This document shows positions 1 through 11,129 of a stretch of DNA of 58,884 bases, piece after piece. Source of the DNA: Nocardioides sp. (lineage in GTDB: Bacteria; Actinomycetota; Actinomycetes; Propionibacteriales; Nocardioidaceae); NCBI RefSeq assembly GCF_051876515.1, contig NZ_JBJEHY010000036.1:1-58884 (forward strand), in the 5' to 3' direction. Position 1 is the stretch's first letter, and every line of letters begins with the position of its first letter. Under the pieces are notes generated by a model. It worked only from the letters and a program-made list of their open reading frames with translations. It was not told where the DNA came from and searched no databases. The position numbers and the translations under genes were made by a program.

Positions 1-384
1 CATCTGCGCGGCCAGCACCGGGCCGACCAGCGGGCCGGCGCCGGCGATGGCGGCGAAGTGGTGGCCGAACAGGACGCGACGGTCGGTGACGTCGAAGTCG
101 CGCCCGTTCTCCAGGCGTTCGGCGGGCGTGGCCCGGGTCTTGTCGACCATGAGGACCCGGTACGCGATGAAGCGGGCGTAGAAGCGGTACGCGATCGCGT
201 ACGAGGCCAACGCCGCGAACAGGATCCACAACGCCGAGACGTCCTCACCCCGCCTGAGGGCCAGCATCGCCCAGCAGGTCGCGCCGGCGAGGGCGACGGC
301 CACCCACACCACGACCTGCAGCGGTGAGGTCCGGCGGCGTCGGGTGGGCGGAGGTGGGGGTGCGGTCGCGGTCTCGTGCGCCAT
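1..384 (-). CDS. cstA: Carbon starvation CstA family transporter, N-terminal part (runs off window)
   Basis: Manual translation from ATG 384: MAHETAT...YRFYARFI...TPAERLENGRDFDVTDRRVLFGHHFAAIAGAGPLVGPVLAAQM, the CstA signature; not in the ORF track because it is truncated. Confidence 0.92.
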   Translation of the reverse strand, partial: MAHETATAPPPPPTRRRRTSPLQVVVWVAVALAGATCWAMLALRRGEDVSALWILFAALASYAIAYRFYARFIAYRVLMVDKTRATPAERLENGRDFDVTDRRVLFGHHFAAIAGAGPLVGPVLAAQM

Positions 385-500
385 CACGTGGTCCTTCCCG
401 AGAAGGGCCCGGCCGCGGCGGTCGGGCCACTCCTTCGAGAGTGGACCTCGGCGGGTGGGAGGGCAAGGAGGCGTGCGGTGCGGCGTGGCACGCTGGAACC

Positions 501-737
501 ATGGCGTACCACCCGAGACCGGTCAGCGTGACCGACGCCAAGGAGTCGCAGAGCGACCGCCTGCGCCGGCGCCAGCGCTGGTACGTGCTGCTGATGACGG
601 TCTGCGTCACGCTGATCGTGCTCGCCTGGTACGTCGTGAAGGACTACTCGACCACCGCGGCCGTGGCCATGTCGGCGGTCGCGGCCGTCATCCCGCCCGT
701 GGCCGCGATCGTCGCCAACTGGGGAGCCGACCGCTGA
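501..737 (+). CDS. DUF3099-like small membrane protein
   Basis: SVTDAKESQSDRLRRRQRWYVLLM followed by two hydrophobic helices ending AIVAN. Confidence 0.75.
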   Translation: MAYHPRPVSVTDAKESQSDRLRRRQRWYVLLMTVCVTLIVLAWYVVKDYSTTAAVAMSAVAAVIPPVAAIVANWGADR

Positions 738-771
738 CGCCGGGCCCCGGAGCGGGCCTCAGCGGCCCGGC

Positions 772-1740
772 TCAGTGCCCGACGATGCGGTGCGGCTCGT
801 ACGGGGCGGCCAGCTCGGCCAGCTCCTCGGCGGTGAGCTCGAGGTCGACGGCTGCGACAGCGTCGGTGAGGTGGTGCGGCTTGGTGACGCCCACGATCGG
901 CGAGGTGACCGCCGGCTGCGCCATCAGCCAGGCCAGCGCCACCTGCGCGCGGGAGACGCCCCGACGCTCCGCGACCGCGGCCACGGTGTCGACGATGACC
1001 CGGTCGGAGTCCGGGTAGAGGTTGCGGCCCCACTCGTCGCCCTCGGAGCGGGCGGTGGTGGCGTCCCAGTCGCGGGTGAGCCGGCCCCGCGCCAGCGGGC
1101 TCCACGGCAGGACGCCGACGCCGGAGTCCTCGCAGTACGGCAGCATCTCCCGCTCCTCCTCGCGGTAGAGCAGGTTGTAGTGGTTCTGCATCGAGACGAA
1201 CGTCGTCCACCCGTGGCGCTCGGCAACGTGCTGGGCCGTGGCGAACTGCCACGCGTACATCGACGATGCACCGATGTAGCGCGCCTTGCCCGCCTTCACC
1301 ACGTCGTGGAGCGCCTCCATCGTCTCCTCGATCGGGGTCGCCGGGTCCCACCGGTGGATCTGGTAGAGGTCGACGTGGTCAGTGCCCAGGCGCGTCAGGC
1401 TGGCGTCGATCTCCGTCATGATCGCCCGCCGCGACAGCCCTGCGCCGTTGGGACCGGGCCGCATCCGGCCGTGCACCTTGGTGGCCAGCACGTACTCCTC
1501 GCGCGGGGCGATCTCGCGCAGGATCTTGCCCGTCACCTCCTCGCTCGAGCCGGCCGCGTACACGTTGGCCGTGTCGAAGACGGTGACCCCGGCCTCCCAC
1601 GCGGCGGTGATCAGCGGGCGGGCCGCGTCCTCGTCGAGGATCCACGGGTGCCAGCCGCGGGCCGGGTCGCCCCAGCTCATGCAGCCCAGCGTGACGGCGG
1701 AGACCTCGAGGCCGGTGGTGCCGAGTCGGGTGTAACGCAT
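772..1740 (-). CDS. Aldo/keto reductase
   Basis: MRYTRLGTTGLEVSAVTLGCMSWG, FDTANVY, LATKV, DLYQIHRWD, GKARYIGAS, PWSPLARG. Confidence 0.93.
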   Translation of the reverse strand: MRYTRLGTTGLEVSAVTLGCMSWGDPARGWHPWILDEDAARPLITAAWEAGVTVFDTANVYAAGSSEEVTGKILREIAPREEYVLATKVHGRMRPGPNGAGLSRRAIMTEIDASLTRLGTDHVDLYQIHRWDPATPIEETMEALHDVVKAGKARYIGASSMYAWQFATAQHVAERHGWTTFVSMQNHYNLLYREEEREMLPYCEDSGVGVLPWSPLARGRLTRDWDATTARSEGDEWGRNLYPDSDRVIVDTVAAVAERRGVSRAQVALAWLMAQPAVTSPIVGVTKPHHLTDAVAAVDLELTAEELAELAAPYEPHRIVGH

Positions 1741-1815
1741 GCCACGCATGCCTAGGTCGGCCGGATGGCGGAGCCCCCCGGTGTCCTCCTGGTGGGCGGC
1801 GTATCCTGACACATC

Positions 1816-3540
<1,725 letters not shown>

Positions 3541-3559
3541 CCCCTCGTTCCTGACGCGC

Positions 3560-3605
3560 GACGTGCGACGACCCGGCTGCTCCAGCGGCCGGGTCGTCGC
3601 ACGTC
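3560..3605 (+). terminator. Long GC hairpin after fumarase
   Basis: GACGTGCGACGACCCGGCTGCT-CC-AGCGGCCGGGTCGTCGCACGTC, about 22-bp stem with one G-U pair. Confidence 0.65.
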
Positions 3606-3701
3606 CGGTGAGTGGAAGCGGGAGACCCGTCGCGCGGCGCAGCCACCTACGGTGCGCGTCGTGACGGACGTCACACACCACCCCTGACACTCGGAGATCC
3701 C

Positions 3702-4889
3702 ATGAAGATCCCTCACGCGCGCCGTACCGCCGGCGTCGCCAGCCTCGCGCTCGTCGCCACCCTCGGCGGCACCGTCGCCCTCACCGCGCACGCGGACGAG
3801 ACGACCGCCCCCGCGGCCGCGGTCCTGCCCACGACCGGCCTCAACATCCTGCTCACCAACGACGACGGCTGGGACGCGCCGGGCATCACCGCCGTCCACG
3901 ACGCCCTCGAGGCCGCCGGCCACACCGTCACCCTGGTCGCCCCCGCCACCAACCAGAGCGGCGTCAGCGCCCGCGTCGACTTCTCCGGCAACCTCACCGC
4001 CCTGGAGCAGCAACCGGGCGCGTGGTCGGTGAGCACCAGCCCCGCCGGCACCGTCCTGTTCGGCCTCGACCAGCTCTTCGACGAGAAGCCCGACCTGGTC
4101 GTCTCCGGCACGAACGTCGGCTCCAACACCGGCTTCGACACCAACTTCTCCGGCACGATCGGCGCCGCCACGGTCGCCGCCGGCATGTTCGACATCCCGT
4201 CGGTGGCGATCAGCACCGCCACCGGGTACGGGGCGGGCGCCACCGGGGCGTACGCCGAGACCGCGGACCTGCTCGTCGACATGCTCGCCCAGGGCCTTCC
4301 CGACCTCGACCGCGGCCACGTCATCAACGTCAACTACCCGCAGCTGAGCGCCGAGCGTCCCGCACCCCTGGGGATCCGGTACGCGGCGAATTCGCAGGCC
4401 TCCGCTGCCGCGTTCACCTACGTCCCGCAGGCCGACCCCGGCGTGTACAAGATCCAGGGCGCCCGCGGCACCGAGACGCCACTGCCCGGCACCGACACCG
4501 CCGTCCTGGCGCAGGGCTACGTCACCGTCGGCGTGCTCGACGCCGACCGGTCGGTGGCGATCGAGGACGCCGACGCCGTCACCGCGCTGATCGAGAAGCT
4601 GGGCGGCGACCCGGCCCCGCAGCCCGAGACCGTCGACCCGTGGGTCCAGGTTCTGCCCGCCCGGGCCGCGGCCGGCTCCACCCAGTGGCTGCGCCTGCGC
4701 GGCATCGAGGACAACGCCACCGTCCAGTTCGTGTGGACGCCGGTCCGCAAGGGCGCGAAGGTCACCACCACCGCCCGCGCCGCCGCCGACCTGGTGAAGC
4801 TGAAGGCGCCCAGGCGCAAGGCCACCTACAAGGTCGCCGTGCGCGTGGGCGGCAAGACGCTGCGCACGGGTCGGATCACGCTCGTCTGA
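3702..4889 (+). CDS. surE: Secreted SurE-family 5'/3'-nucleotidase with basic C-terminal beta domain
   Basis: Signal peptide ending AHA; ILLTNDDG, NQSG, VVSGTNVGSN, SGTIGAA, NVNYP; GGAG RBS before ATG 3702. Confidence 0.85.
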   Translation: MKIPHARRTAGVASLALVATLGGTVALTAHADETTAPAAAVLPTTGLNILLTNDDGWDAPGITAVHDALEAAGHTVTLVAPATNQSGVSARVDFSGNLTALEQQPGAWSVSTSPAGTVLFGLDQLFDEKPDLVVSGTNVGSNTGFDTNFSGTIGAATVAAGMFDIPSVAISTATGYGAGATGAYAETADLLVDMLAQGLPDLDRGHVINVNYPQLSAERPAPLGIRYAANSQASAAAFTYVPQADPGVYKIQGARGTETPLPGTDTAVLAQGYVTVGVLDADRSVAIEDADAVTALIEKLGGDPAPQPETVDPWVQVLPARAAAGSTQWLRLRGIEDNATVQFVWTPVRKGAKVTTTARAAADLVKLKAPRRKATYKVAVRVGGKTLRTGRITLV

Positions 4890-4906
4890 GAGACGCGCCG
4901 CGGCGG

Positions 4907-5455
4907 TCAGCCGCGCAGGGTGGCGGTGAGCTCGAGCAGTGCGCCGAGCATCTTCTCCGCCTCTCCTGCGCGGCGCTCCGTCGGGGCGAACCCGTCGTCA
5001 CCGAAGTCGATGTACGTCGGCAGCGTCACCACGGACCGCACCGCGAGCAGGTGGGCGTTGGCGACGACGGGACGCCAGTGCTCGACCGCGCGCACCCCGC
5101 CGTCGGCGCCGTACGAGACGAACGCGACCGCCTTGCCGCCCCACTCGGGGTACAGCACGTCGAAGGCGTTCTTGAAGGCCGCGGGGATGGAGTGGTTGTA
5201 CTCCGCGGTGACGAAGACGAACCCGTCGAAGGAGTCGATCGTCTCCGACCAGCGCCGGGTCGCGGGGTTCTCGTACTGCCGGGCAGCGGCCCCGGGGACG
5301 GTCGCCTCGTCGAGCAGGACGAGGCCGAAGTCGGCGACCTCGACGAGCTCGTACTCCGCCCCGCCGTACGCCTGCGCCTGCTCCAGGACCCACCGGCCCA
5401 CGCTGGGGCCGACGCGTCCGGGACGGGTGGTTCCGACGATGATCGCGATCCTCAC
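4907..5455 (-). CDS. NADPH-dependent FMN reductase
   Basis: GTTRPGRVG, TAEYNHSIPAAFKNAFD, VSYGADGGVRA. Confidence 0.9.
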   Translation of the reverse strand: MRIAIIVGTTRPGRVGPSVGRWVLEQAQAYGGAEYELVEVADFGLVLLDEATVPGAAARQYENPATRRWSETIDSFDGFVFVTAEYNHSIPAAFKNAFDVLYPEWGGKAVAFVSYGADGGVRAVEHWRPVVANAHLLAVRSVVTLPTYIDFGDDGFAPTERRAGEAEKMLGALLELTATLRG

Positions 5456-5525
5456 GGGTTCTCCTCTGCACGGGGACGGGTCGTCGGCCAGTCAAGCAGC
5501 ACCGGCTGCGCGCTAGGTTCGAGGC

Positions 5526-6908
5526 ATGGCCGACTTCCGTACCGAGCACGACTCCATGGGCGAGGTCCAGGTGCCCGCCGACGCGATGTGGCGGGCGCAG
5601 ACGCAGCGGGCGGTGGAGAACTTCCCGATCTCCGGCACCACGCTGGAGCCCCGGCACGTACGCGCCCTCGGCCTGGTCAAGCAGGCCGCGGCACGGGTCA
5701 ACGGCGAGCTCGGCGTCCTCGACGCCGGGCAGGCGGCCGCGCTGCAGGTGGCGGCGGGACAGGTCGCGGCCGGGCGGCACGACGACGCGTTCCCGCTCGA
5801 CGTCTTCCAGACCGGGTCGGGCACCAGCTCCAACATGAACGCCAACGAGGTCATCGCCTCCCTGGCCAGCACCGCCGGCACGCAGGTGCACCCCAACGAC
5901 CACGTCAACGCTTCCCAGTCGTCCAACGACACCTTCCCGACCTCGATCCACGTCGCGGCGACCCTCGCGGTCGTCGAGGACCTGCTGCCCGCTCTCGACG
6001 TGCTCGCCACCTCGCTCGAGCGCAAGGCGGACGAGTTCGCGGGCGTGGTGAAGTCGGGCCGCACCCACCTGATGGACGCCACCCCGGTGATGCTGGGCCA
6101 GGAGTTCGGCGGGTACGCGGCCACCGTGCGGTACGCGACCGAGCGCCTCACCTCCGTGCTCCCGCGCGTCCGCGAGCTGCCGCTGGGCGGCACCGCCGTC
6201 GGCACCGGCATCAACACGCCGCCCGGCTTCTCCGCGCGGGTGATCGAGGTCCTCGCCGAGCTGACCGGCGAGCCGTTCACCGAGGCCCGCAACCACTTCG
6301 AGGCCCAGGGGACCCGCGACTCCCTCGTCGAGCTGTCGGGGGCGCTGCGCACGTACGCGGTGGGCCTGACCAAGATCTGCAACGACCTGCGCTGGATGTC
6401 CTCCGGCCCCACCACCGGGCTCGCCGAGATCCACCTGCCCGACCTGCAGCCGGGGTCGAGCATCATGCCCGGCAAGGTCAACCCGGTGCTCCCGGAGGCG
6501 ACGCTGATGGTCTGCGCGCAGGTCGTCGGCAACGACGCGACGGTCGCGTGGGCGGGTGCCGCGGGCAACTTCGAGCTCAACGTGATGATGCCGGTGATGG
6601 CCCGCAACCTGCTGGAGTCCGTACGGATCCTGTCCACCTCCAGCCGCCTGCTCGCCGAGCGCTGCGTCGACGGCATCAACGTCGACGCCGACCGGATGCG
6701 CCGCTACGCCGAGTCGTCCCCGTCGGTGGTCACCCCGCTCAACCGGCACATCGGGTACGAGGCGGCGGCCACGGTGGCCAAGAAGGCACTGGCCGACGGC
6801 GCCACGATCCGCGACACGGTGCTGGCGATGGGCTTCGTGGAGCGCGGCGAGCTCACCGAGGAGCAGCTCGACGCCGCGCTCGACGTGGAGTCGATGACGC
6901 ACCCGTGA
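5526..6908 (+). CDS. fumC: Class II fumarate hydratase
   Basis: [11 protein letters not shown] signature, [18 protein letters not shown]; apparently leaderless (TAGGTT at 5514-5519). Confidence 0.95.
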   Translation: MADFRTEHDSMGEVQVPADAMWRAQTQRAVENFPISGTTLEPRHVRALGLVKQAAARVNGELGVLDAGQAAALQVAAGQVAAGRHDDAFPLDVFQTGSGTSSNMNANEVIASLASTAGTQVHPNDHVNASQSSNDTFPTSIHVAATLAVVEDLLPALDVLATSLERKADEFAGVVKSGRTHLMDATPVMLGQEFGGYAATVRYATERLTSVLPRVRELPLGGTAVGTGINTPPGFSARVIEVLAELTGEPFTEARNHFEAQGTRDSLVELSGALRTYAVGLTKICNDLRWMSSGPTTGLAEIHLPDLQPGSSIMPGKVNPVLPEATLMVCAQVVGNDATVAWAGAAGNFELNVMMPVMARNLLESVRILSTSSRLLAERCVDGINVDADRMRRYAESSPSVVTPLNRHIGYEAAATVAKKALADGATIRDTVLAMGFVERGELTEEQLDAALDVESMTHP

Positions 6909-6967
6909 CACCCGGCGGTCTGGTCCCCCGTGACCCCGGACGAGGCCCGGGCCTAGGCTGCGGGCCT

Positions 6968-8407
6968 GTGATCAACGGCCTCCTGATCGGCGACCCGGAG
7001 CACTTCGTGGAAGTGGCCGGCGAGCGCCTGTCCCACCCGGACGTGTTCGGAGCCGCGGAGACGGTCGCCCGCTCCGTGACCGGGCTCGCCCGGGTCGCGG
7101 TCCTCGCGCGCCCCACGCTGAGCACCACCATCGCGGTGGTCGGCGCCCTCATGGCCGGCATCGAGGTGGTGCCCGTACCGCCCGACTCGGGCGCCGCCGA
7201 GCTGCGGCACATCCTCGCCGACAGCGCACCGGACGCGTGGTTGGGCGAGATGCCCGACGTCGACGGGTTGCCCGACCTCCCCCAGGTCCACGTCGACCTG
7301 GCCGAACGCACCTGGCCGGCCCTCCTGCGCCCCGTGGACGACGCCAGCACCACCGCGTTCGTCCTCTACACCTCGGGGACGACGGGCCTTCCGAAGGGCG
7401 TTCTGCTGTCTCGCAGCGCCGTGCGCGCCGGCCTCGACGCGCTGGTCGAGGCGTGGCAGTGGACCTCCGAGGACGTCCTGGCCCACGGCCTTCCCCTCTT
7501 CCACGTGCACGGACTCATCCTCGGCGTGCTCGGCCCCCTCACCGTCGGCGCGAGCCTGGTCCACGTCGGGCGCGGCACCCCCGAGGCGTACGCGTCCGCC
7601 GCCGGGAAGGGCGCGACGATGTACTTCGCGGTCCCCACGATCTGGTCGCGGATCGCGGACTCCCCCGAGCACGCGCGGGCCCTGGCGGGCGCCCGCCTGC
7701 TCGTGTCGGGGTCGGCGGCGCTGCCCGTCCCCGTCTTCGACCGGCTGCAGGAGCTGACCGGCCTGGCCCCGGTCGAGCGGTACGGGATGAGCGAGACCCT
7801 GATCACCGTGGCCACCCGTGCCGACGGCGAGCCCCGAGCCGGCTGGGTCGGCACCCCGGTCGCCGGGGTCGAGACCCGACTGGTGGACGACGCCGGCCAC
7901 GAGGTCCCGCACGACGGCGAGACCGTGGGGCACCTGCAGGTCCGCGGCGCGACCCTGTTCGACGGCTACCTGAACCGTCCCGAGGCGACCGCGGAGGCGT
8001 GGACCGAGGACGGCTGGTTCCGTACGGGCGACGTCGCGGTGGTGACGGCCGACGGCGCGCACCGGATCGTGGGCCGCGAGTCGGTCGACCTGATCAAGTC
8101 CGGCGGCTGGCGCATCGGCGCCGGTGAGATCGAGTCCACGCTGCTGGGCCACCCCGCGGTGGCAGAGTGCGCGGTCGTCGGCGAGCCGGACGACGACCTC
8201 GGCCAGCGGATCGTCGCCCACGTGGTCGCGCGCACCGGAGTCGACGTGGCGGGCGCCGCGGGCGAGCGGCTGGGCGCCGAGCTGGTCGACCTCGTGGGCG
8301 CCGAGCTGTCCGCGCACAAGCGTCCGCGCGAGGTCCGGTTCGCCACCTCACTGCCGCGCAACGAGATGGGCAAGGTCCAGAAGAAGCGGCTGCTGCCACC
8401 CCCGTGA
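6968..8407 (+). CDS. Acyl-CoA synthetase (AMP-binding)
   Basis: YTSGTTGLPKG, ERYGMSET, WFRTGD, PRNEMGKV; GTG start after TAGGCT. Confidence 0.9.
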   Translation: MINGLLIGDPEHFVEVAGERLSHPDVFGAAETVARSVTGLARVAVLARPTLSTTIAVVGALMAGIEVVPVPPDSGAAELRHILADSAPDAWLGEMPDVDGLPDLPQVHVDLAERTWPALLRPVDDASTTAFVLYTSGTTGLPKGVLLSRSAVRAGLDALVEAWQWTSEDVLAHGLPLFHVHGLILGVLGPLTVGASLVHVGRGTPEAYASAAGKGATMYFAVPTIWSRIADSPEHARALAGARLLVSGSAALPVPVFDRLQELTGLAPVERYGMSETLITVATRADGEPRAGWVGTPVAGVETRLVDDAGHEVPHDGETVGHLQVRGATLFDGYLNRPEATAEAWTEDGWFRTGDVAVVTADGAHRIVGRESVDLIKSGGWRIGAGEIESTLLGHPAVAECAVVGEPDDDLGQRIVAHVVARTGVDVAGAAGERLGAELVDLVGAELSAHKRPREVRFATSLPRNEMGKVQKKRLLPPP

Positions 8408-8512
8408 GGCCTCCGGGCGTGCCACCCGAGATCCGCTGGGCGGTACCCGCTGTTCCGTACCGGCGGTCGGGCTGACATTCTGCGCAGACACGGACCGGAC
8501 AAAGGAGTTCAC

Positions 8513-8947
8513 GTGGCACCCAAGATCGTCGTCGGAGTCGACAACAGCATCACCGCCGCCGCCGCGGCCGACCGCGCCGCCACCCTCGCCGCCGCACTGG
8601 GCGCCGAGCTGCACGTGGTGAGCGCGTTCGGCAAGCAGGAGGTCGAGACGGTGGAGATCGGTCACGAGACCTTTGTGATCTCCTCGGCCGACGAGGCCCG
8701 CCAGCTGACCGAGTCGCTGGCCGCCCGCCTTCACCTGGCCCACCCCGAGCTCACGGTGGTCACCAGCGGCCTCGAGGGCCGCGCGGCCACCGCGATCACC
8801 GACCACGCGGAGTCGATCGGTGCCAGCCTCATCGTGATCGGCAACAAGCGCGTCCAGGGACCCTCGCGGGTGCTCGGCAGCATCGCGACCGCGATCCTGC
8901 ACAAGGCGCACTGCGACGTCTACGTCGCGCACACCCACGACCACTGA
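8513..8947 (+). CDS. Universal stress protein
   Basis: IVVGVDNS, LIVIGNK...VLGSIATAILHKAHCDVYV; AAGGAG RBS. Confidence 0.9.
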   Translation: MAPKIVVGVDNSITAAAAADRAATLAAALGAELHVVSAFGKQEVETVEIGHETFVISSADEARQLTESLAARLHLAHPELTVVTSGLEGRAATAITDHAESIGASLIVIGNKRVQGPSRVLGSIATAILHKAHCDVYVAHTHDH

Positions 8948-8950
8948 TCG

Positions 8951-9775
8951 GTGAGCGACGCCTACTTCGCCCGGCAGGGGACGCTGTTCGCGCCCCTGCC
9001 GGACGCCCGTGGCTCCTGGAGCCACGACAGCATCCACGGCGTGGCCGTGTGCGGCCTGCTCGGTCACGCCGCCGAGCAGGCGCTCGTCGGCCACGGGCGT
9101 GCCGAGGACCTGGTCCCGGCCCGGTTCGCCGTCGAGCTCTTCGCGCCGCCGCGGTACGCCGACTGCACGGTGAGCACCCGGGTGGTGCGCGACGGGCCCC
9201 GGATCTGCCTGCTCGACGTGGAGCTCACCCAGGACGGACGACCGGTGGCCCGGGCCAGCGCGACGTTCGTCCGCGCCAGCGAGTCCGCGCCCGGGGAGGT
9301 CTGGTCCCCCACCGACCGACCCACCGCCCCGAGCACCGACGTGGCACCCGTCTCCGACGTGCCCCAGATGCCGTTCGTACGCAGCGGCGAGGGCCCGTGG
9401 ACCCAGGAGTTCGCCTCGCACCAGAACGGTGAGCGGCACAGCTACTTCCACGTCTGCCACCCGGTCGTCGACGGCTCCCCGCTGACGGCGTTCGAGGCTG
9501 CTGCGTCCTCGGCCGACGGGGTCAACATGACGACCAACTGGGGCAGCCGCGGCGTGGAGTACATCAACACCGACGCCACCCTGAGCATGACCAGGCTGCC
9601 GGTCGGGGTCGAGGTCGGCCTGCGCACGCTGGACCGCACCGAGCACGCCGGCGTGGCCGCAGGAGCGGCCGCCGTCTTCGACCGCGAGGGTCAGTTCGGC
9701 GTGGTGGTGTGCAGCTCGATCGCCAACGCCCGCCGTACGGTCGACATGGCCACGCTCGAGGACGACACCGTCTGA
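8951..9775 (+). CDS. Thioesterase-like (TesB double hot-dog) protein
   Basis: GSWS..SIHG, VVRDGPRI, SAD...YINTD pattern. Confidence 0.75.
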   Translation: MSDAYFARQGTLFAPLPDARGSWSHDSIHGVAVCGLLGHAAEQALVGHGRAEDLVPARFAVELFAPPRYADCTVSTRVVRDGPRICLLDVELTQDGRPVARASATFVRASESAPGEVWSPTDRPTAPSTDVAPVSDVPQMPFVRSGEGPWTQEFASHQNGERHSYFHVCHPVVDGSPLTAFEAAASSADGVNMTTNWGSRGVEYINTDATLSMTRLPVGVEVGLRTLDRTEHAGVAAGAAAVFDREGQFGVVVCSSIANARRTVDMATLEDDTV

Positions 9776-9785
9776 CGCACGTCGG

Positions 9786-11129
9786 TCAGGCGGTGGCCTC
9801 GAACAGCGCCTGACCCACGTGCTCACCGGGCTTGGCTCCGGCGGGGATCGCGAACAGCGCCGACCCGGTGACCTTGAGGTACTCCATCAGCGCGTCGGAC
9901 TTGGCCATCGCGGTCTGCACGGGGATGAAGTGGGTGTCGGGGTTGCGGACGTAGGCCAGGAAGAACAGGCCCGCGTTGAGCCCCCCGAGGTCGTTGGAGC
10001 CGTCGACGAAGTTGTAGCCGCGACGCAGCATCCGGGCGCCGTCGTGGAAGTCGGGGTGCACCACGCGCACGTGGGCGTCCACCGCGATCGCGGGACCGTT
10101 GGAGCCCGGCAGGTCGAAGTCGGGCTCGGTGAACTCCTGCCCTCCCGACAGCGGTGCGCCGGTGTCCTTGGAGCGGCCCGTGAAGGCCTCCTGGTCGGCC
10201 AGCGGCTGGCGGTCCCAGGTCTCGATCAGCATGTTGATGCGACGCGCCGCGAGGTACGACCCGCCGGCCAGCCAGGCGCCCTTGGGGTCGTCGTCGGCCT
10301 GCACCCACACGTGGTCGGCGAGCGCCTCGGTCTCCTCGGCCTTGACGTTGGCGGTGCCGTCCTTGAACCCGAACAGGTTGCGCGGGGTGGACTGGGAGGT
10401 CGACGTGGTCGACGTACGCCCGAAGCCCAGCTGCGACCAGCGCACGGCCACGGTGCCCATGCCGATGCGGGCCAGGTTGCGGATCGCGTGCACGGCGACC
10501 TGCGGGTCGTCCGCGCACGCCTGGATGCACAGGTCCCCGCCGACCGCCCGCTCCTCGAGGACGTCGAACGGGAAGTGCGGCAGCGGACGCAGAGCCGCGG
10601 GCTGCGCGGAGGCCAGGCCGAAGCGGTCCTTGCCGTCGGCGTCGGTGAAGAGCGTGGGCCCGAACCCGAAGGTCAGGGTCAGGCCGCTGGCGCCCAGACC
10701 GATCGCCTCACCGGTGTCGTCGGGCGGCAGGTTGGCCGCACCCTGGACGGGTCCGATCTCGCCGGCCGGCTCACCGCGGGTGAGCCGCTCGGCCGCCTCG
10801 GTCCAGGCGACCAGCAGGGCCACGAGCTCCTCGCGGGAGTCGGTGGTGACGTCGAAGGCGGCGAAGTGCAGGCGGTCCTGGGCGGGGGTGGTGATGCCGG
10901 CCTGGTGCTCGCCGCGGAAGGCGTACGGCTCGCGCGGGGCGGCGGGTGCCCCAGCGTCGCGGGACTCGTTGACTGCCCAGCCGGCCGCGAAGACGCCGGG
11001 AGCGGCAGCCGCCGCGGCGCCCCCGCCGAGCAGACCGCGGCGCGAGAGCGCGCCGCGCGCCGGGGCGGTGGCGTGCGGCGACGCCGGGGGCTGCTCGCCC
11101 CCGGCGTCCGGAAGGGTGTTGCCGGTCAG
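9786..11129 (-). CDS. efeB: Dyp-type peroxidase/deferrochelatase EfeB (Tat substrate)
   Basis: SRRGLLG twin-arginine motif, HQAGITTP, GFKDGTAN, AHVR, MLRRGYNF; start uncertain (CTG at 11129 overlaps the efeO stop). Confidence 0.9.
   Translation of the reverse strand: MTGNTLPDAGGEQPPASPHATAPARGALSRRGLLGGGAAAAAAPGVFAAGWAVNESRDAGAPAAPREPYAFRGEHQAGITTPAQDRLHFAAFDVTTDSREELVALLVAWTEAAERLTRGEPAGEIGPVQGAANLPPDDTGEAIGLGASGLTLTFGFGPTLFTDADGKDRFGLASAQPAALRPLPHFPFDVLEERAVGGDLCIQACADDPQVAVHAIRNLARIGMGTVAVRWSQLGFGRTSTTSTSQSTPRNLFGFKDGTANVKAEETEALADHVWVQADDDPKGAWLAGGSYLAARRINMLIETWDRQPLADQEAFTGRSKDTGAPLSGGQEFTEPDFDLPGSNGPAIAVDAHVRVVHPDFHDGARMLRRGYNFVDGSNDLGGLNAGLFFLAYVRNPDTHFIPVQTAMAKSDALMEYLKVTGSALFAIPAGAKPGEHVGQALFEATA

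Noticed and set aside
4022-8407. 1461-aa ORF
   Set aside because: Only 6968-8407 is a real acyl-CoA synthetase; the rest is an off-frame Arg/Pro/Gly-rich read-through over surE, the FMN reductase and fumC, typical of high-GC DNA.
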